The notes under the pieces are model-generated. The model searched no databases and was not told the origin of the DNA. It saw only the letters and a program-made list of their open reading frames with translations. The position numbers and the translations under genes are program-made. A stretch of 64,000 bases of DNA from the NCBI GenBank assembly GCA_910576785.1, contig CAJTJG010000008.1, positions 4,137-68,136 on the forward strand. The letters are read 5' to 3'. The stretch comes from an uncultured Duncaniella sp. (GTDB lineage: Bacteria; Bacteroidota; Bacteroidia; Bacteroidales; Muribaculaceae). Of this stretch, positions 49,150 to 58,433 are shown piece by piece; the stretch's first letter is position 1; each line of letters opens with the position of its first letter.

Positions 49150-50538
49150 TCATTCCTCATCGCTCTCTCTGGTCATGGAGGCGGCGAGTTGCTTTTGGGC
49201 CTTTATGCCGAGGTCATGGAGATCGCGTGCACGTTTTACAAGATTGCCTGTTCCTGACGAGAGTTTGCGCACGGCCTCCTGGTGAGCTTTGGAGGCAGAT
49301 GCGAGAGCTTTCTCTATGCGCTCCATGTCGAGTGTGAAGTCGGCAAATTTGTCGTACATCTTGCCTGCGTCTTCGGCTATACGTATGGCATTGCGTGTCA
49401 CCTTGTCGCGGCTCCACAGTTGGGCTATGAGCCGCAGGCCGGACACAAGATGGGTGGGGGAGACTATCAGCACCTTGTGGTCGTAGGCTTCCTGCCATAA
49501 TCCCGGGTCGAGACGCATGGCGGCAATATAGGCGGGTTCGTTGGGTATGAACATCATGACGAAGTCGAGCTTGCCATCGGGGGCGCCGACGTAGTCGTGG
49601 TAGTTCTTGCGGGAGAGTTTCTCCACATGGCTCTTCACGGAGCGTACGTGGCGTGACGAAGCCTCCTTGCGGGTCGCATCATCTTCTGCGTTCACGTAAT
49701 CTATGAATGCTGTCAGCGATACTTTCGAGTCGATCACCACAAAGCGGTTGTCGGGGTATCTCACAACCACATCAGGACGTATGGCCATGCCGCCTTCACC
49801 GCGCAGGGCTTTCCCGTCGTCGTCGGTGGTGGCCTGGATGAAGTATTCCTCGTCGCGTATCAAGCCGCTTTTCTCGAGTATGGTCTCGAGCACCATCTCG
49901 CCCCAGTCTCCCTGCACACGGTTGTTGCCCTTGAGTGCCGACGAGAGTTCGCGGGCTTCGCGCGATATGGTGTTGTTGAGTTCTACAAGTTCGCGGATGC
50001 GTTCTGTCAGCGAGAATCGTTCGCGGGCTTCGTTGCTGTATGTATCGGTGACCGTCTTGCGGAATTCGTCGATGTTTGTGCGCAGCGGTGAGAGTATTTC
50101 TGCGAGCCGCTCCTCGCTGCGGGCCTTGAAGTCGGCTGAGTTCTGGCGAAGTATCTCGTTGGCGAGATTTCTGAAGCGGTCCTCCAGCTGCTTTTCGCGC
50201 TCCTCGCGTCCACTTTCGGCGTGGTGCAGTGTAGCAGTGAGCGATGCGTTCTCCTCACGGGCGGCAGCCAGCTCGTCGCGGAGGGACGCTGCTGTCTGTT
50301 CTAGGGCTGAGATTCGGGCTGCGTCCTCGGTCTGTCTGGATATGGCCGTCTCACGTTCGTGTTCGAGGATAGATGTCTGCACAAGAACCTGCGCCACGGC
50401 TTTTTCTTTCTCGGCAGATATGGTCGATATGTCGGCGCGTAGCGTAGCTTCTATAGCCGAGATCTTTCTCAGCCGCATATATAGTGACAGTGCCGCCGCC
50501 AGAGCGAGCAGCAGGAGCGTGATCAGAACCGTTGACAT
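49150..50538 (-). CDS. rmuC: DNA recombination protein RmuC
   Basis: 462 aa. N-terminal TM segment, long coiled coil, and C-terminal nuclease-like region (PDVVVRYPDNRFVVIDSKVSL, FVMMFIPNEPAY). Confidence 0.9.
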   Translation of the reverse strand: MSTVLITLLLLALAAALSLYMRLRKISAIEATLRADISTISAEKEKAVAQVLVQTSILEHERETAISRQTEDAARISALEQTAASLRDELAAAREENASLTATLHHAESGREEREKQLEDRFRNLANEILRQNSADFKARSEERLAEILSPLRTNIDEFRKTVTDTYSNEARERFSLTERIRELVELNNTISREARELSSALKGNNRVQGDWGEMVLETILEKSGLIRDEEYFIQATTDDDGKALRGEGGMAIRPDVVVRYPDNRFVVIDSKVSLTAFIDYVNAEDDATRKEASSRHVRSVKSHVEKLSRKNYHDYVGAPDGKLDFVMMFIPNEPAYIAAMRLDPGLWQEAYDHKVLIVSPTHLVSGLRLIAQLWSRDKVTRNAIRIAEDAGKMYDKFADFTLDMERIEKALASASKAHQEAVRKLSSGTGNLVKRARDLHDLGIKAQKQLAASMTRESDEE

Positions 50539-50871
50539 ATGTCAGAGGTGAGTGGATTGTGTGTTTCAGAGTGGGTGTATCAGTTCATTACCATGCCTCC
50601 GAGCCCTGCCGGTGCCGGCATGCATGTATAGGCCCGGGCAAATTGCCTGATACGGTCGAGTGTGGCGCGGCGTGGACGGGCCGGCGCTGCAAGGTGTGTC
50701 CGGTGCGACAACGCGGTCATGTGGTTGGTAGATGTGGAAGGAGTAGAATTTTTATCCATAGGCATCGGTATTTGTGTGAATGGAGGGGTATGGGTGTATT
50801 GTCATCTTTATAACGGTCATACAGGTTGAAATATTTTTTACGATGACTTGATTTTTTCAATTCTTTTTGGG

Positions 50872-50879
50872 TATATTTG
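50872..50879 (+). promoter_or_regulatory. Bacteroidetes -7 box (TAnnTTTG) for the lplA-gcv-lpd module
   Basis: TATATTTG, 47 nt upstream of ATG 50926. Confidence 0.45.
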
Positions 50880-50925
50880 CAAACGGGATTTATCCTGCCG
50901 GAGAAACAATCCCTTCCGATGCGCC

Positions 50926-51903
50926 ATGAATCTGATACAACTCAATGAAAACGACCCCCGTCAGCTGCCGTTCTATCTCGCACTGGAAGAATGGCTGGCG
51001 CTCAGACGTCCTGCCGGGGATTATTTTTTCATATGGCAGGTGAGACCTACGGTGATAGTGGGGCGCCACCAGATGCTTGAGGCCGAGGTCAACCTTGACT
51101 TCTGCCGTCGCGAGGGTATCGAGGTGTACCGACGCAAGAGCGGTGGCGGCGCAGTGCTCGCCGACATGAACAACATCATGTTCTCCTATGTCACAGCCTC
51201 GCCATCGGAGGTGCCCGTCACATTCTCGGCCTACACTTCCATGGTGGCCCGCTCGCTTCGGGCGCTTGGCCTTGATGCATCCGACAATTCCCGTAACGAT
51301 ATCCTTATATCCGGACGCAAGGTATCCGGTAATTCATATTACCACATGCCGGGTCGCAGCATAGTGCATGGCACCATGCTGTATGATTGTGACGGCGATA
51401 TGATGGCTTCGGCTCTCACACCGGCTACGGCGAAACTGCGGTCGCACGGTGTGGCTTCGGTGCGAAGCCGCATCACTACCATACGTGAACATCTGCCGTC
51501 GCTGTCGCTGCCGGCATTCAAGGAGCATGTGCTCGCCACGATACCCGATGGTGATATCGAGACACTTACTCCTGCCGAGATAGCCGAGGTAGAGATGATG
51601 GAGCGGTCATATCATGATCCTGCATGGACAGGTGGCCATTCGCCTGCAGGTACCGTAGCGCATACGGCTCGTATCGATGGGGTGGGAACACTCACTGCGC
51701 ATCTCACTGTGAAAGGTGGTGTGGTGGCGGGTTTCGACCTCACAGGCGACTATCTCGAGACGGCTCCGGCCTCGCAGGTCATAGCTGCCGCGCTCGAAGG
51801 GTGTGCCTACAGCCGTGATGCTCTGTCAGCGTGTCTCGCAGAGCTACCGTCGCTATGTATTCCCGGACTGGAATCTGAAGATTTAGTTAACCTCATATAT
51901 TAG
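50926..51903 (+). CDS. lplA: Lipoate-protein ligase A
   Basis: The internal ATG at 50926 gives VGRHQ....EVN, RR.SGGGAV and GRKVSGNS. A TATATTTG box lies at 50872..50879. The gene ends 4 nt before gcvT. Confidence 0.88.
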   Translation: MNLIQLNENDPRQLPFYLALEEWLALRRPAGDYFFIWQVRPTVIVGRHQMLEAEVNLDFCRREGIEVYRRKSGGGAVLADMNNIMFSYVTASPSEVPVTFSAYTSMVARSLRALGLDASDNSRNDILISGRKVSGNSYYHMPGRSIVHGTMLYDCDGDMMASALTPATAKLRSHGVASVRSRITTIREHLPSLSLPAFKEHVLATIPDGDIETLTPAEIAEVEMMERSYHDPAWTGGHSPAGTVAHTARIDGVGTLTAHLTVKGGVVAGFDLTGDYLETAPASQVIAAALEGCAYSRDALSACLAELPSLCIPGLESEDLVNLIY

Positions 51904-51907
51904 ACAC

Positions 51908-53005
51908 ATGAACGACCTGAAAAACACTTGTCTCCATGATCGCCACGTGGCTCTCGGCGCGCAGATGTCGCCGTTCGGGGGCTTTGATATGCCGATCCAG
52001 TACAGCGGCATCGTGGAGGAGCACAACGCTGTCCGCAACGCATGCGGTGTATTCGATGTCTCCCACATGGGGGAGGTCAATATATCCGGCCCCGATGCGG
52101 AGAAGTATGTGAATCACATTTTCACCAACGATCTCAGGGGTATTCCCGCCGGAAAGATCCTTTATGGCATGATGCTCAATCCAGAAGGCGGAGTGGTGGA
52201 CGATCTTCTCGTCTACAAGCGTGGAGAGAACAATTTCTTCCTCGTCATCAATGCCTCCAACATTGACAAGGATATGGCCTGGATAGAGAAGAATGCTGCC
52301 GGCTATGACGTGGAGATCGATCCTCTGAGCGATGAACTCGGACAGCTTGCCGTGCAAGGGCCGGGGTCGGAGGAGGTGATGGAGCAGGTGCTCGGCATCA
52401 CATGCTCGGATCTGGAATTCTATACATTCAAGGAGGAGGAGCTTGACGGTGTGCATATTCTTGTGAGCCGTACGGGCTATACAGGCGAAGATGGCTTTGA
52501 GATATATGCCGAACCTGAGGCCATAGTGCGCATGTGGGATATTCTCATGGAGTCCGGCCGTGCACTTCCCTGCGGTCTCGGATGCCGCGACACTCTGCGT
52601 TTCGAGGTCGGTCTGCCGCTCTATGGCGACGAACTCTCCGATACGATCACGCCGCTTGAGGCCGGACTGGGTATCTTCGTCAAACTCGACAAACCGGAAT
52701 TCATCGGCCGGGAGGCTCTTGAAAAACAGAAGGCTGAGGGTGCTCCGCGCAAGCTTGTGGGCCTCGAACTGCACGATAGGGCCATACCGCGCCACGGCTA
52801 TGAGGTGGTCAACGGTGAGGGCGAAGTGGTGGGACATGTCACCACAGGTTACCGCGGCATATCCGTTGACAAGAGTATCGCCGCCGCGCTCGTGGACACT
52901 CCGTGGTCGGCCAAGGGTACTGAGCTGAAGGTGCGTATACGCCGCAAGGAATTCCCCGCCACTGTCACAGCAAAAAAATTCTACAAGAAATCATATAAAA
53001 AATAA
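51908..53005 (+). CDS. gcvT: Glycine cleavage system aminomethyltransferase (T protein)
   Basis: 365 aa. FGGFDMPIQY, VFDVSHMGE, SRTGYTGEDGFEI. Confidence 0.96.
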   Translation: MNDLKNTCLHDRHVALGAQMSPFGGFDMPIQYSGIVEEHNAVRNACGVFDVSHMGEVNISGPDAEKYVNHIFTNDLRGIPAGKILYGMMLNPEGGVVDDLLVYKRGENNFFLVINASNIDKDMAWIEKNAAGYDVEIDPLSDELGQLAVQGPGSEEVMEQVLGITCSDLEFYTFKEEELDGVHILVSRTGYTGEDGFEIYAEPEAIVRMWDILMESGRALPCGLGCRDTLRFEVGLPLYGDELSDTITPLEAGLGIFVKLDKPEFIGREALEKQKAEGAPRKLVGLELHDRAIPRHGYEVVNGEGEVVGHVTTGYRGISVDKSIAAALVDTPWSAKGTELKVRIRRKEFPATVTAKKFYKKSYKK

Positions 53006-53038
53006 TCATTCATTACACACCAAAAATCTATTACAATC

Positions 53039-53416
53039 ATGAGCAAGATATATTACAGCAAGTCACACGAGTATGCACGCGTTGAGGGCGATATCGCCTA
53101 CATCGGTATCACCGACTATGCCCAGAAGGCCCTCGGCAATGTGGTCTACGTCGACATGCCCGAGCAGGGCGATGACATCACTGCCGGCGAGGAGTTTGGC
53201 GCAGTGGAGAGTGTAAAGGCTGCCAGTGATCTTTTCGCTCCTGTCAGCGGTGCTGTCATAGAGAGCAATGAGCAGCTCATTGACAATCCACGTCTCATCA
53301 ACGAGGATGCCATGGCCAACTGGATCATAAAGGTTTCGCTTACGGATCCTTCCGAGCTCGACAATCTGATGGACGAAGAGGCATACAATGCCTTTTGCGC
53401 CAGTGAGTCACACTGA
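53039..53416 (+). CDS. gcvH: Glycine cleavage system H protein (lipoyl carrier)
   Basis: 125 aa. The VESVKAASDL motif carries the lipoyl-lysine. Confidence 0.96.
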   Translation: MSKIYYSKSHEYARVEGDIAYIGITDYAQKALGNVVYVDMPEQGDDITAGEEFGAVESVKAASDLFAPVSGAVIESNEQLIDNPRLINEDAMANWIIKVSLTDPSELDNLMDEEAYNAFCASESH

Positions 53417-53431
53417 TATGCCGCTTCGCCC

Positions 53432-54802
53432 ATGACACACCACCGTTATTTTCCCCACACGCCCGAGGATATCTCAGATATGCTCGGCAAGTGCGGGATG
53501 GAAAGTCTCGACGATCTCTATGCCGATCTTCCCGAGCAGCTCAGACTCGGGCGCGACTATGACCTCAATCCGCAGATGAGCGAAAGTGAGGTGCGGGCTT
53601 ATTTCAGCGAACTTGCCGAGATGAACCGTCCTCTCACCACGTTTGCAGGCGCAGGATTCTATGATCACTATGCTCCTGCAGTGATACAGACCATACTCTC
53701 CCGCTCAGAGTTTCTCACCGCCTATACCCCTTATCAGCCCGAGATATCTCAGGGTACTCTCCAGTATATCTTCGAATATCAGACCATGATGTCGCAGTTC
53801 ACAGGTCTCCCGGTATGCAATGCGTCCATGTATGATGGTTCGACGGCTCTTGCCGAAGCCATGCTCATGACTGTGGCCGCCGGCAGGAAGAAGAACAGGG
53901 TGCTGGTCAGTGCTACGATAAATCCGATCTATCGTGAGGTGATTGACACATATGCCCACTATCACGGAGTGACCATCGAGACCATTCCGGCCGAAGATGG
54001 CGTCACATCGCGCGAGGCTCTCGCAGCCATGCTCGACGGCAGCAAGGATGTAGCAGGAGTGATACTACAGTCACTCAACTATTACGGCATAATGGAGTCG
54101 CTCGAGGGGGTGGCCGATGCTGTGCATGCAGCCAAGGCACTCCTTGTGGTTTCGGCGCCGGCTTCGGCACTGGCGGTCATAAGGACGCCGGCTGAATGGG
54201 GCGCTGACATCGCAGCAGGCGAGGCCCAGTCGCTCGGCATGCCTCTCGGGTTTGGAGGCCCATATCTCGGCTATATGTGCTGCACAAAGGCTCTGATGCG
54301 CAAATTGCCGGGACGTATCGTCGGTGCGACCACCGATGCGTCCGGCCAGCGCACATATGTGCTCACTCTTCAGGCTCGTGAGCAGCATATACGCCGCGAC
54401 AAGGCTACATCGAACATCTGCTCCAATCAGGGCCTGATGACTCTCTATGCCGCGGTCTATATGTCGCTGATGGGAACGCGTGGTCTCCGTGAGGTGAATT
54501 CACTCTCGTGCGCCGGCGCCCATTATCTTGCCTCGAAACTTGTGGATACCGGAGCGTTCGAGCTCAAGTATCCCGACAAACCGTTCCTCAATGAGTTTGT
54601 AGTGCGTTATACGGGCGAGCAGTCCCTCCAGGATTTTATGGATATATCGAGCGCATGCGGCTGTCTGGCAGGTGTGGTCATAGCTCCCGATGAACTTCTG
54701 GTATGCGTCACGGAGACACGTACACGCGAGGAGATGGACCGCTATGCCTGGCGTGCCGAGACATTCTCAAAGTCTAACACACCGATGATCCCTAAGCCAT
54801 GA
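53432..54802 (+). CDS. gcvPA: Glycine dehydrogenase (decarboxylating) subunit 1
   Basis: 456 aa. YTPYQPEISQG.LQ, SMYDGSTA, and CSNQ in ATSNICSNQGL. Confidence 0.95.
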   Translation: MTHHRYFPHTPEDISDMLGKCGMESLDDLYADLPEQLRLGRDYDLNPQMSESEVRAYFSELAEMNRPLTTFAGAGFYDHYAPAVIQTILSRSEFLTAYTPYQPEISQGTLQYIFEYQTMMSQFTGLPVCNASMYDGSTALAEAMLMTVAAGRKKNRVLVSATINPIYREVIDTYAHYHGVTIETIPAEDGVTSREALAAMLDGSKDVAGVILQSLNYYGIMESLEGVADAVHAAKALLVVSAPASALAVIRTPAEWGADIAAGEAQSLGMPLGFGGPYLGYMCCTKALMRKLPGRIVGATTDASGQRTYVLTLQAREQHIRRDKATSNICSNQGLMTLYAAVYMSLMGTRGLREVNSLSCAGAHYLASKLVDTGAFELKYPDKPFLNEFVVRYTGEQSLQDFMDISSACGCLAGVVIAPDELLVCVTETRTREEMDRYAWRAETFSKSNTPMIPKP

Positions 54803-56271
54803 ACAGGAAACTTTACGGAAAAAACATATATGAGATCTCCCGTCCTGGACGAGTGGGATATTATCTCGGGGGTAACGGATGTGAGGATGTCCTCTCGTCA
54901 ATGCCCGCCGGTCTGATGCGCGGTGAGGCCCCGGTACTTCCCGAGGTGGACGAACCTGCCGTGGTGAGACATTATACAAATATGTCCACAAATAATTTTG
55001 GCGTTGATACCGGCTTCTATCCCCTCGGGTCGTGTACTATGAAATACAACCCGAAGATCAACGATGAGATAGCCTCTATGCCGGGGTTCACACAGCTTCA
55101 TCCTCTGCAGCCGGCCGACACAGTGCAGGGTGCTCTCAAGGCCTATTATGATTTGCAGACCATGCTGTCGGAGATCGGTGGCATGGCGGAGTTCACGCTC
55201 AATCCATATGCCGGTGCACATGGCGAGTTGACCGGCCTTATGGTGATAAGACGCTATCATGAAAGCCGTGGCGACATGAACCGCACCAAGGTGATAGTGC
55301 CCGATTCGGCTCATGGCACCAATCCGGCTTCGGCCGCTGTGGCAGGACTGACGGTGGTCGAGGTTGGATCGCTTCCCGACGGAACGGTTGATGTCGAGGC
55401 TCTGCGTCCGTTGCTTGACGAGACGGTAGCCGCCGTGATGATGACCAATCCCAATACGGTGGGAATATTCGAGCATAACATTCCGGCCATCTCCGGAATG
55501 GTGCATGAGTGTGGCGCCCTGCTATATTATGATGGAGCCAATCTCAATCCTATGCTTGGCGTGGCCCGCCCGGGCGATATGGGTTTCGATGTGATGCACA
55601 TCAATCTTCACAAGACATTCTCCACGCCTCATGGCGGTGGCGGTCCCGGTTCTGGGCCCGTAGGAGTCAGGGCCGGACTGGAGGAATTCCTGCCTAATCC
55701 GAGGGTGGTGAAGCGCACTGTCGATGACGAGGATATATACGCACTGGACTATGGTGTGGAGAAACCGTCCATGACACTTGGCCGCATCTCCTCATGGCTC
55801 GGCAACTTCACTGTGGAGTTGCGGGCATTGGCCTATATCCTGTCGCTCGGACGTGACGGGCTGCGTATGGCCGGTCCGTTGGCCACTCTCAATGCCAATT
55901 ACATCAAGGAGTCGCTTCGCGATGTCTACAAGCTACCCATTGACCGTGTGTGCAAGCATGAGTTTGTGTTCGACGGTCTGGCTGATAAGTCGACAGGAGT
56001 TACCACGCTCCATGTGGCGAAGCGTCTGCTTGACCATGGGTTCCATGCTCCGACCATATACTTCCCCCTGCTTTTCCATGAATCGCTCATGATAGAGCCT
56101 ACAGAAACTGAAAGCAAGGAGACTCTTGATGAGTTCATAGCCGCTATGCGCGAGATAGCACGCGAAGCTGCCGAGACTCCTGATGTGGTCAAAGAAGCTC
56201 CGCATCTCACTCCGGTGAGAAAACCAGACGATACGGCTGCGGCTCTCAATCCGGTAGTGACATTCATCTGA
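54799..56271 (+). CDS. gcvPB: Glycine dehydrogenase (decarboxylating) subunit 2
   Basis: 490 aa. YPLGSCTMKYNP, and NLHKTFSTPHGGGGPG carries the PLP lysine. ATGA overlap with gcvPA. Confidence 0.95.
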   Translation: MNRKLYGKNIYEISRPGRVGYYLGGNGCEDVLSSMPAGLMRGEAPVLPEVDEPAVVRHYTNMSTNNFGVDTGFYPLGSCTMKYNPKINDEIASMPGFTQLHPLQPADTVQGALKAYYDLQTMLSEIGGMAEFTLNPYAGAHGELTGLMVIRRYHESRGDMNRTKVIVPDSAHGTNPASAAVAGLTVVEVGSLPDGTVDVEALRPLLDETVAAVMMTNPNTVGIFEHNIPAISGMVHECGALLYYDGANLNPMLGVARPGDMGFDVMHINLHKTFSTPHGGGGPGSGPVGVRAGLEEFLPNPRVVKRTVDDEDIYALDYGVEKPSMTLGRISSWLGNFTVELRALAYILSLGRDGLRMAGPLATLNANYIKESLRDVYKLPIDRVCKHEFVFDGLADKSTGVTTLHVAKRLLDHGFHAPTIYFPLLFHESLMIEPTETESKETLDEFIAAMREIAREAAETPDVVKEAPHLTPVRKPDDTAAALNPVVTFI

Positions 56272-56288
56272 CATAAACGGTTTGTACG

Positions 56289-57614
56289 ATGGATTATGAT
56301 ATAATTGTGATCGGTGCCGGCCCCGGAGGTTATGAAACCGCCGTGGGTGCGGCCCGGTCGGGCAAACGGGTGCTCGTTGTGGAGCGTGACCAGCTCGGAG
56401 GCACTTGTCTCAACCGTGGCTGTATCCCCACCAAAGCTCTCTGCCGGTCGGCTGAGGCGGTGGAGACAGTGCGCCACGCGTCATCGTTTGGCATAACCGT
56501 AGGTGGTGACATCAATGTCGACTTTCCTGCGGTGATGAAGCGTAAGGATGCGGTCGTGGCGGAACTACGCGATGGTGTGGCCACTCTCCTCAAGGATGTG
56601 GATGTGAAATGTGGCGAGGCTGTTTTCACTCCTGAGGGTGCGGTGTCGGTCAACGGCGGGACATTCACCGCTCCGATGGTCATAGTTGCTACCGGATCTG
56701 CTCCTGCAAGACTCCCGGTACCCGGCGCGGAGATGGCACTGACCAGCGATGAGCTCCTTTCGCTCGAGGCTCTGCCGGAGAGCATCGTCATAATAGGTGG
56801 CGGTGTGATCGGACTTGAATTTGCATCTATCCTCGCAGCCTTGGGCTCATCTGTCACCGTGCTTGAGTTTTGTCCCGAAGTTCTGCCTCCATTTGATGCC
56901 GAGGTGGCCAAGCGTCTGCGCATGTCGCTCAAACGTCGGGGCATAAACATCGTCACCGGGGCGTGTGTCACACGCATCTGCCCGGGTGGGCAGGTGGCAT
57001 ACGAGGTAAAGGGGAAGGAGAAAACCGTTGAGGCGGAAGCAGTCTTGATGGCTGTTGGCCGCAGGCCGGTCATTCCTCAGTCGCTCATTGACATGGGTGC
57101 GCTTACTGAACGTGGTGCGCTGATGGTCGACGATAGCTATAAGGTAGTATTTGCTGATGGCAAAGTGCCTGCTGATACAGTGATCTATGCAATTGGAGAT
57201 GTCAACGGCAGATGCATGCTTGCCCATGCTGCTTCGGCTCAGGGTGAGGTTGTGCTTGGTCACAGCAGAAGTATGGGAGTGATACCTTCGGCAGTGTTCA
57301 CTATGCCCGAGTGTGCCATGGTCGGATTGACGGAGCAGCAATGTCAGGACGCCGGTCTTGAATACAAGGTGGGTAAGGCCACATTCCGATCTAACGGGAA
57401 AGCGCTTGCCATGGGTGAACCTGATGGCATGGTCAAGGTCCTTGTCTCGCTTACCGATGGCAGATTGCTCGGATGTCACATTGTCGGTGCTCATGCTGCC
57501 GATCTCGTGCAGGAAGCTGCAACCGTCATGACTGCCGGTCTCCCGGCCACAGCCATTGCAGATGCCATACATGCCCATCCTACACTCGGTGAGACCCTTC
57601 GGGCTGCCTTATAA
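56289..57614 (+). CDS. lpdA: Dihydrolipoyl dehydrogenase (L protein / E3)
   Basis: 441 aa. GAGPGGY, the redox disulfide GGTCLNRGCIPTK, and C-terminal HAHPTLGE. Confidence 0.93.
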   Translation: MDYDIIVIGAGPGGYETAVGAARSGKRVLVVERDQLGGTCLNRGCIPTKALCRSAEAVETVRHASSFGITVGGDINVDFPAVMKRKDAVVAELRDGVATLLKDVDVKCGEAVFTPEGAVSVNGGTFTAPMVIVATGSAPARLPVPGAEMALTSDELLSLEALPESIVIIGGGVIGLEFASILAALGSSVTVLEFCPEVLPPFDAEVAKRLRMSLKRRGINIVTGACVTRICPGGQVAYEVKGKEKTVEAEAVLMAVGRRPVIPQSLIDMGALTERGALMVDDSYKVVFADGKVPADTVIYAIGDVNGRCMLAHAASAQGEVVLGHSRSMGVIPSAVFTMPECAMVGLTEQQCQDAGLEYKVGKATFRSNGKALAMGEPDGMVKVLVSLTDGRLLGCHIVGAHAADLVQEAATVMTAGLPATAIADAIHAHPTLGETLRAAL

Positions 57615-57649
57615 ACATCACTTCAGGAATACAATTCTGTGATGTAATT

Positions 57650-57733
57650 GAAGTACGGATAAAGGAAAAGTGACAGAAAACATAATTATCAATAATTAAT
57701 TGTTTTCTGTCACTTTTCCTTTATCCGTACTTC
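57650..57733. repeat. 33-bp perfect inverted repeat with 18-nt AT-only spacer (possible bidirectional terminator or palindromic element)
   Basis: 57650..57682 is the exact reverse complement of 57701..57733. It lies between convergent lpd and the metal ABC ATPase gene. A 12-nt segment of the right arm (ttctgtcacttt) is directly repeated at 57731..57742. Confidence 0.9.
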
Positions 57734-57776
57734 TGTCACTTTCTATGTATGATATTGGATTACAGTCTCATCCTGT

Positions 57777-58433
57777 TCAGAACTCTACGTTAAGGGTATG
57801 GTCGACCACAAGGTGGCGTGTTGCCATGCCGGCTATTGTTGACATCTCGTGAGATACGAGCAGTATTGTGGTCGAGGCCGCGAGCTGTTCCAGAAGGGTA
57901 TATATGCTTTGTTCAAACTGTTTGTCCACGTAGCTCAGAGGTTCATCGAGCACAAGGACTTCGGGTGACGATATTATGGCCCGGCCCAGAAGTGCACGTT
58001 GCAATTGGCCACCGGAGAGTACTCCTATGGGCTTATCGGCATGTGCCGTGAGGCCTATGGTGGCGAGTGTGGATGCGGTAAGGGTACGTTCGCGTTCGCG
58101 ACCCAGATGTTCTCCGGTCAGACCTGAAGCTACAAGTTCATGTACGGTGACCGGGAATCGCGAGTCTATCATGTTTTTCTGCGGAAGATAACCTATGGGC
58201 AGACCCTTTACGGGGTTACCCTGTGGATCGAGATATGTGACTGAGCCGGTGGTCGGTTTCAGTAGTTTCAGGATGATGCGCAACAGGGTTGTCTTTCCTC
58301 CGCCGTTTGGACCGGTTATAGCGATGAAATCGCCGCGGTTCACATCAAAATTTATATCAGACAGAATATCGCGGCCATCCCATCTGCGAGATATGCCACG
58401 CAGTGATATTATGGTTTCGTCAGGATGTGTCAT
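57777..58433 (-). CDS. Metal (Zn/Mn-type) ABC transporter ATP-binding protein
   Basis: 218 aa. GPNGGGKTTLL, LSGGQLQR, LVLDEP. ATGA overlap with the cluster A-I binding protein gene. Confidence 0.85.
   Translation of the reverse strand: MTHPDETIISLRGISRRWDGRDILSDINFDVNRGDFIAITGPNGGGKTTLLRIILKLLKPTTGSVTYLDPQGNPVKGLPIGYLPQKNMIDSRFPVTVHELVASGLTGEHLGRERERTLTASTLATIGLTAHADKPIGVLSGGQLQRALLGRAIISSPEVLVLDEPLSYVDKQFEQSIYTLLEQLAASTTILLVSHEMSTIAGMATRHLVVDHTLNVEF

Noticed and set aside
50532-50813. 93-aa plus-strand ORF overlapping the rmuC start
   Set aside because: It is Cys/Arg-rich and overlaps the rmuC N-terminus on the opposite strand. It has no promoter box.
51893-52837. 314-aa minus-strand ORF antisense to gcvT
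   Set aside because: The GcvT motifs are unambiguous on the plus strand. This is a shadow ORF.
56330-57578. Two roughly 245-aa minus-strand ORFs antisense to lpd
   Set aside because: These are shadow ORFs. The plus strand has the FAD motif, the redox disulfide and the HAHPT motif.
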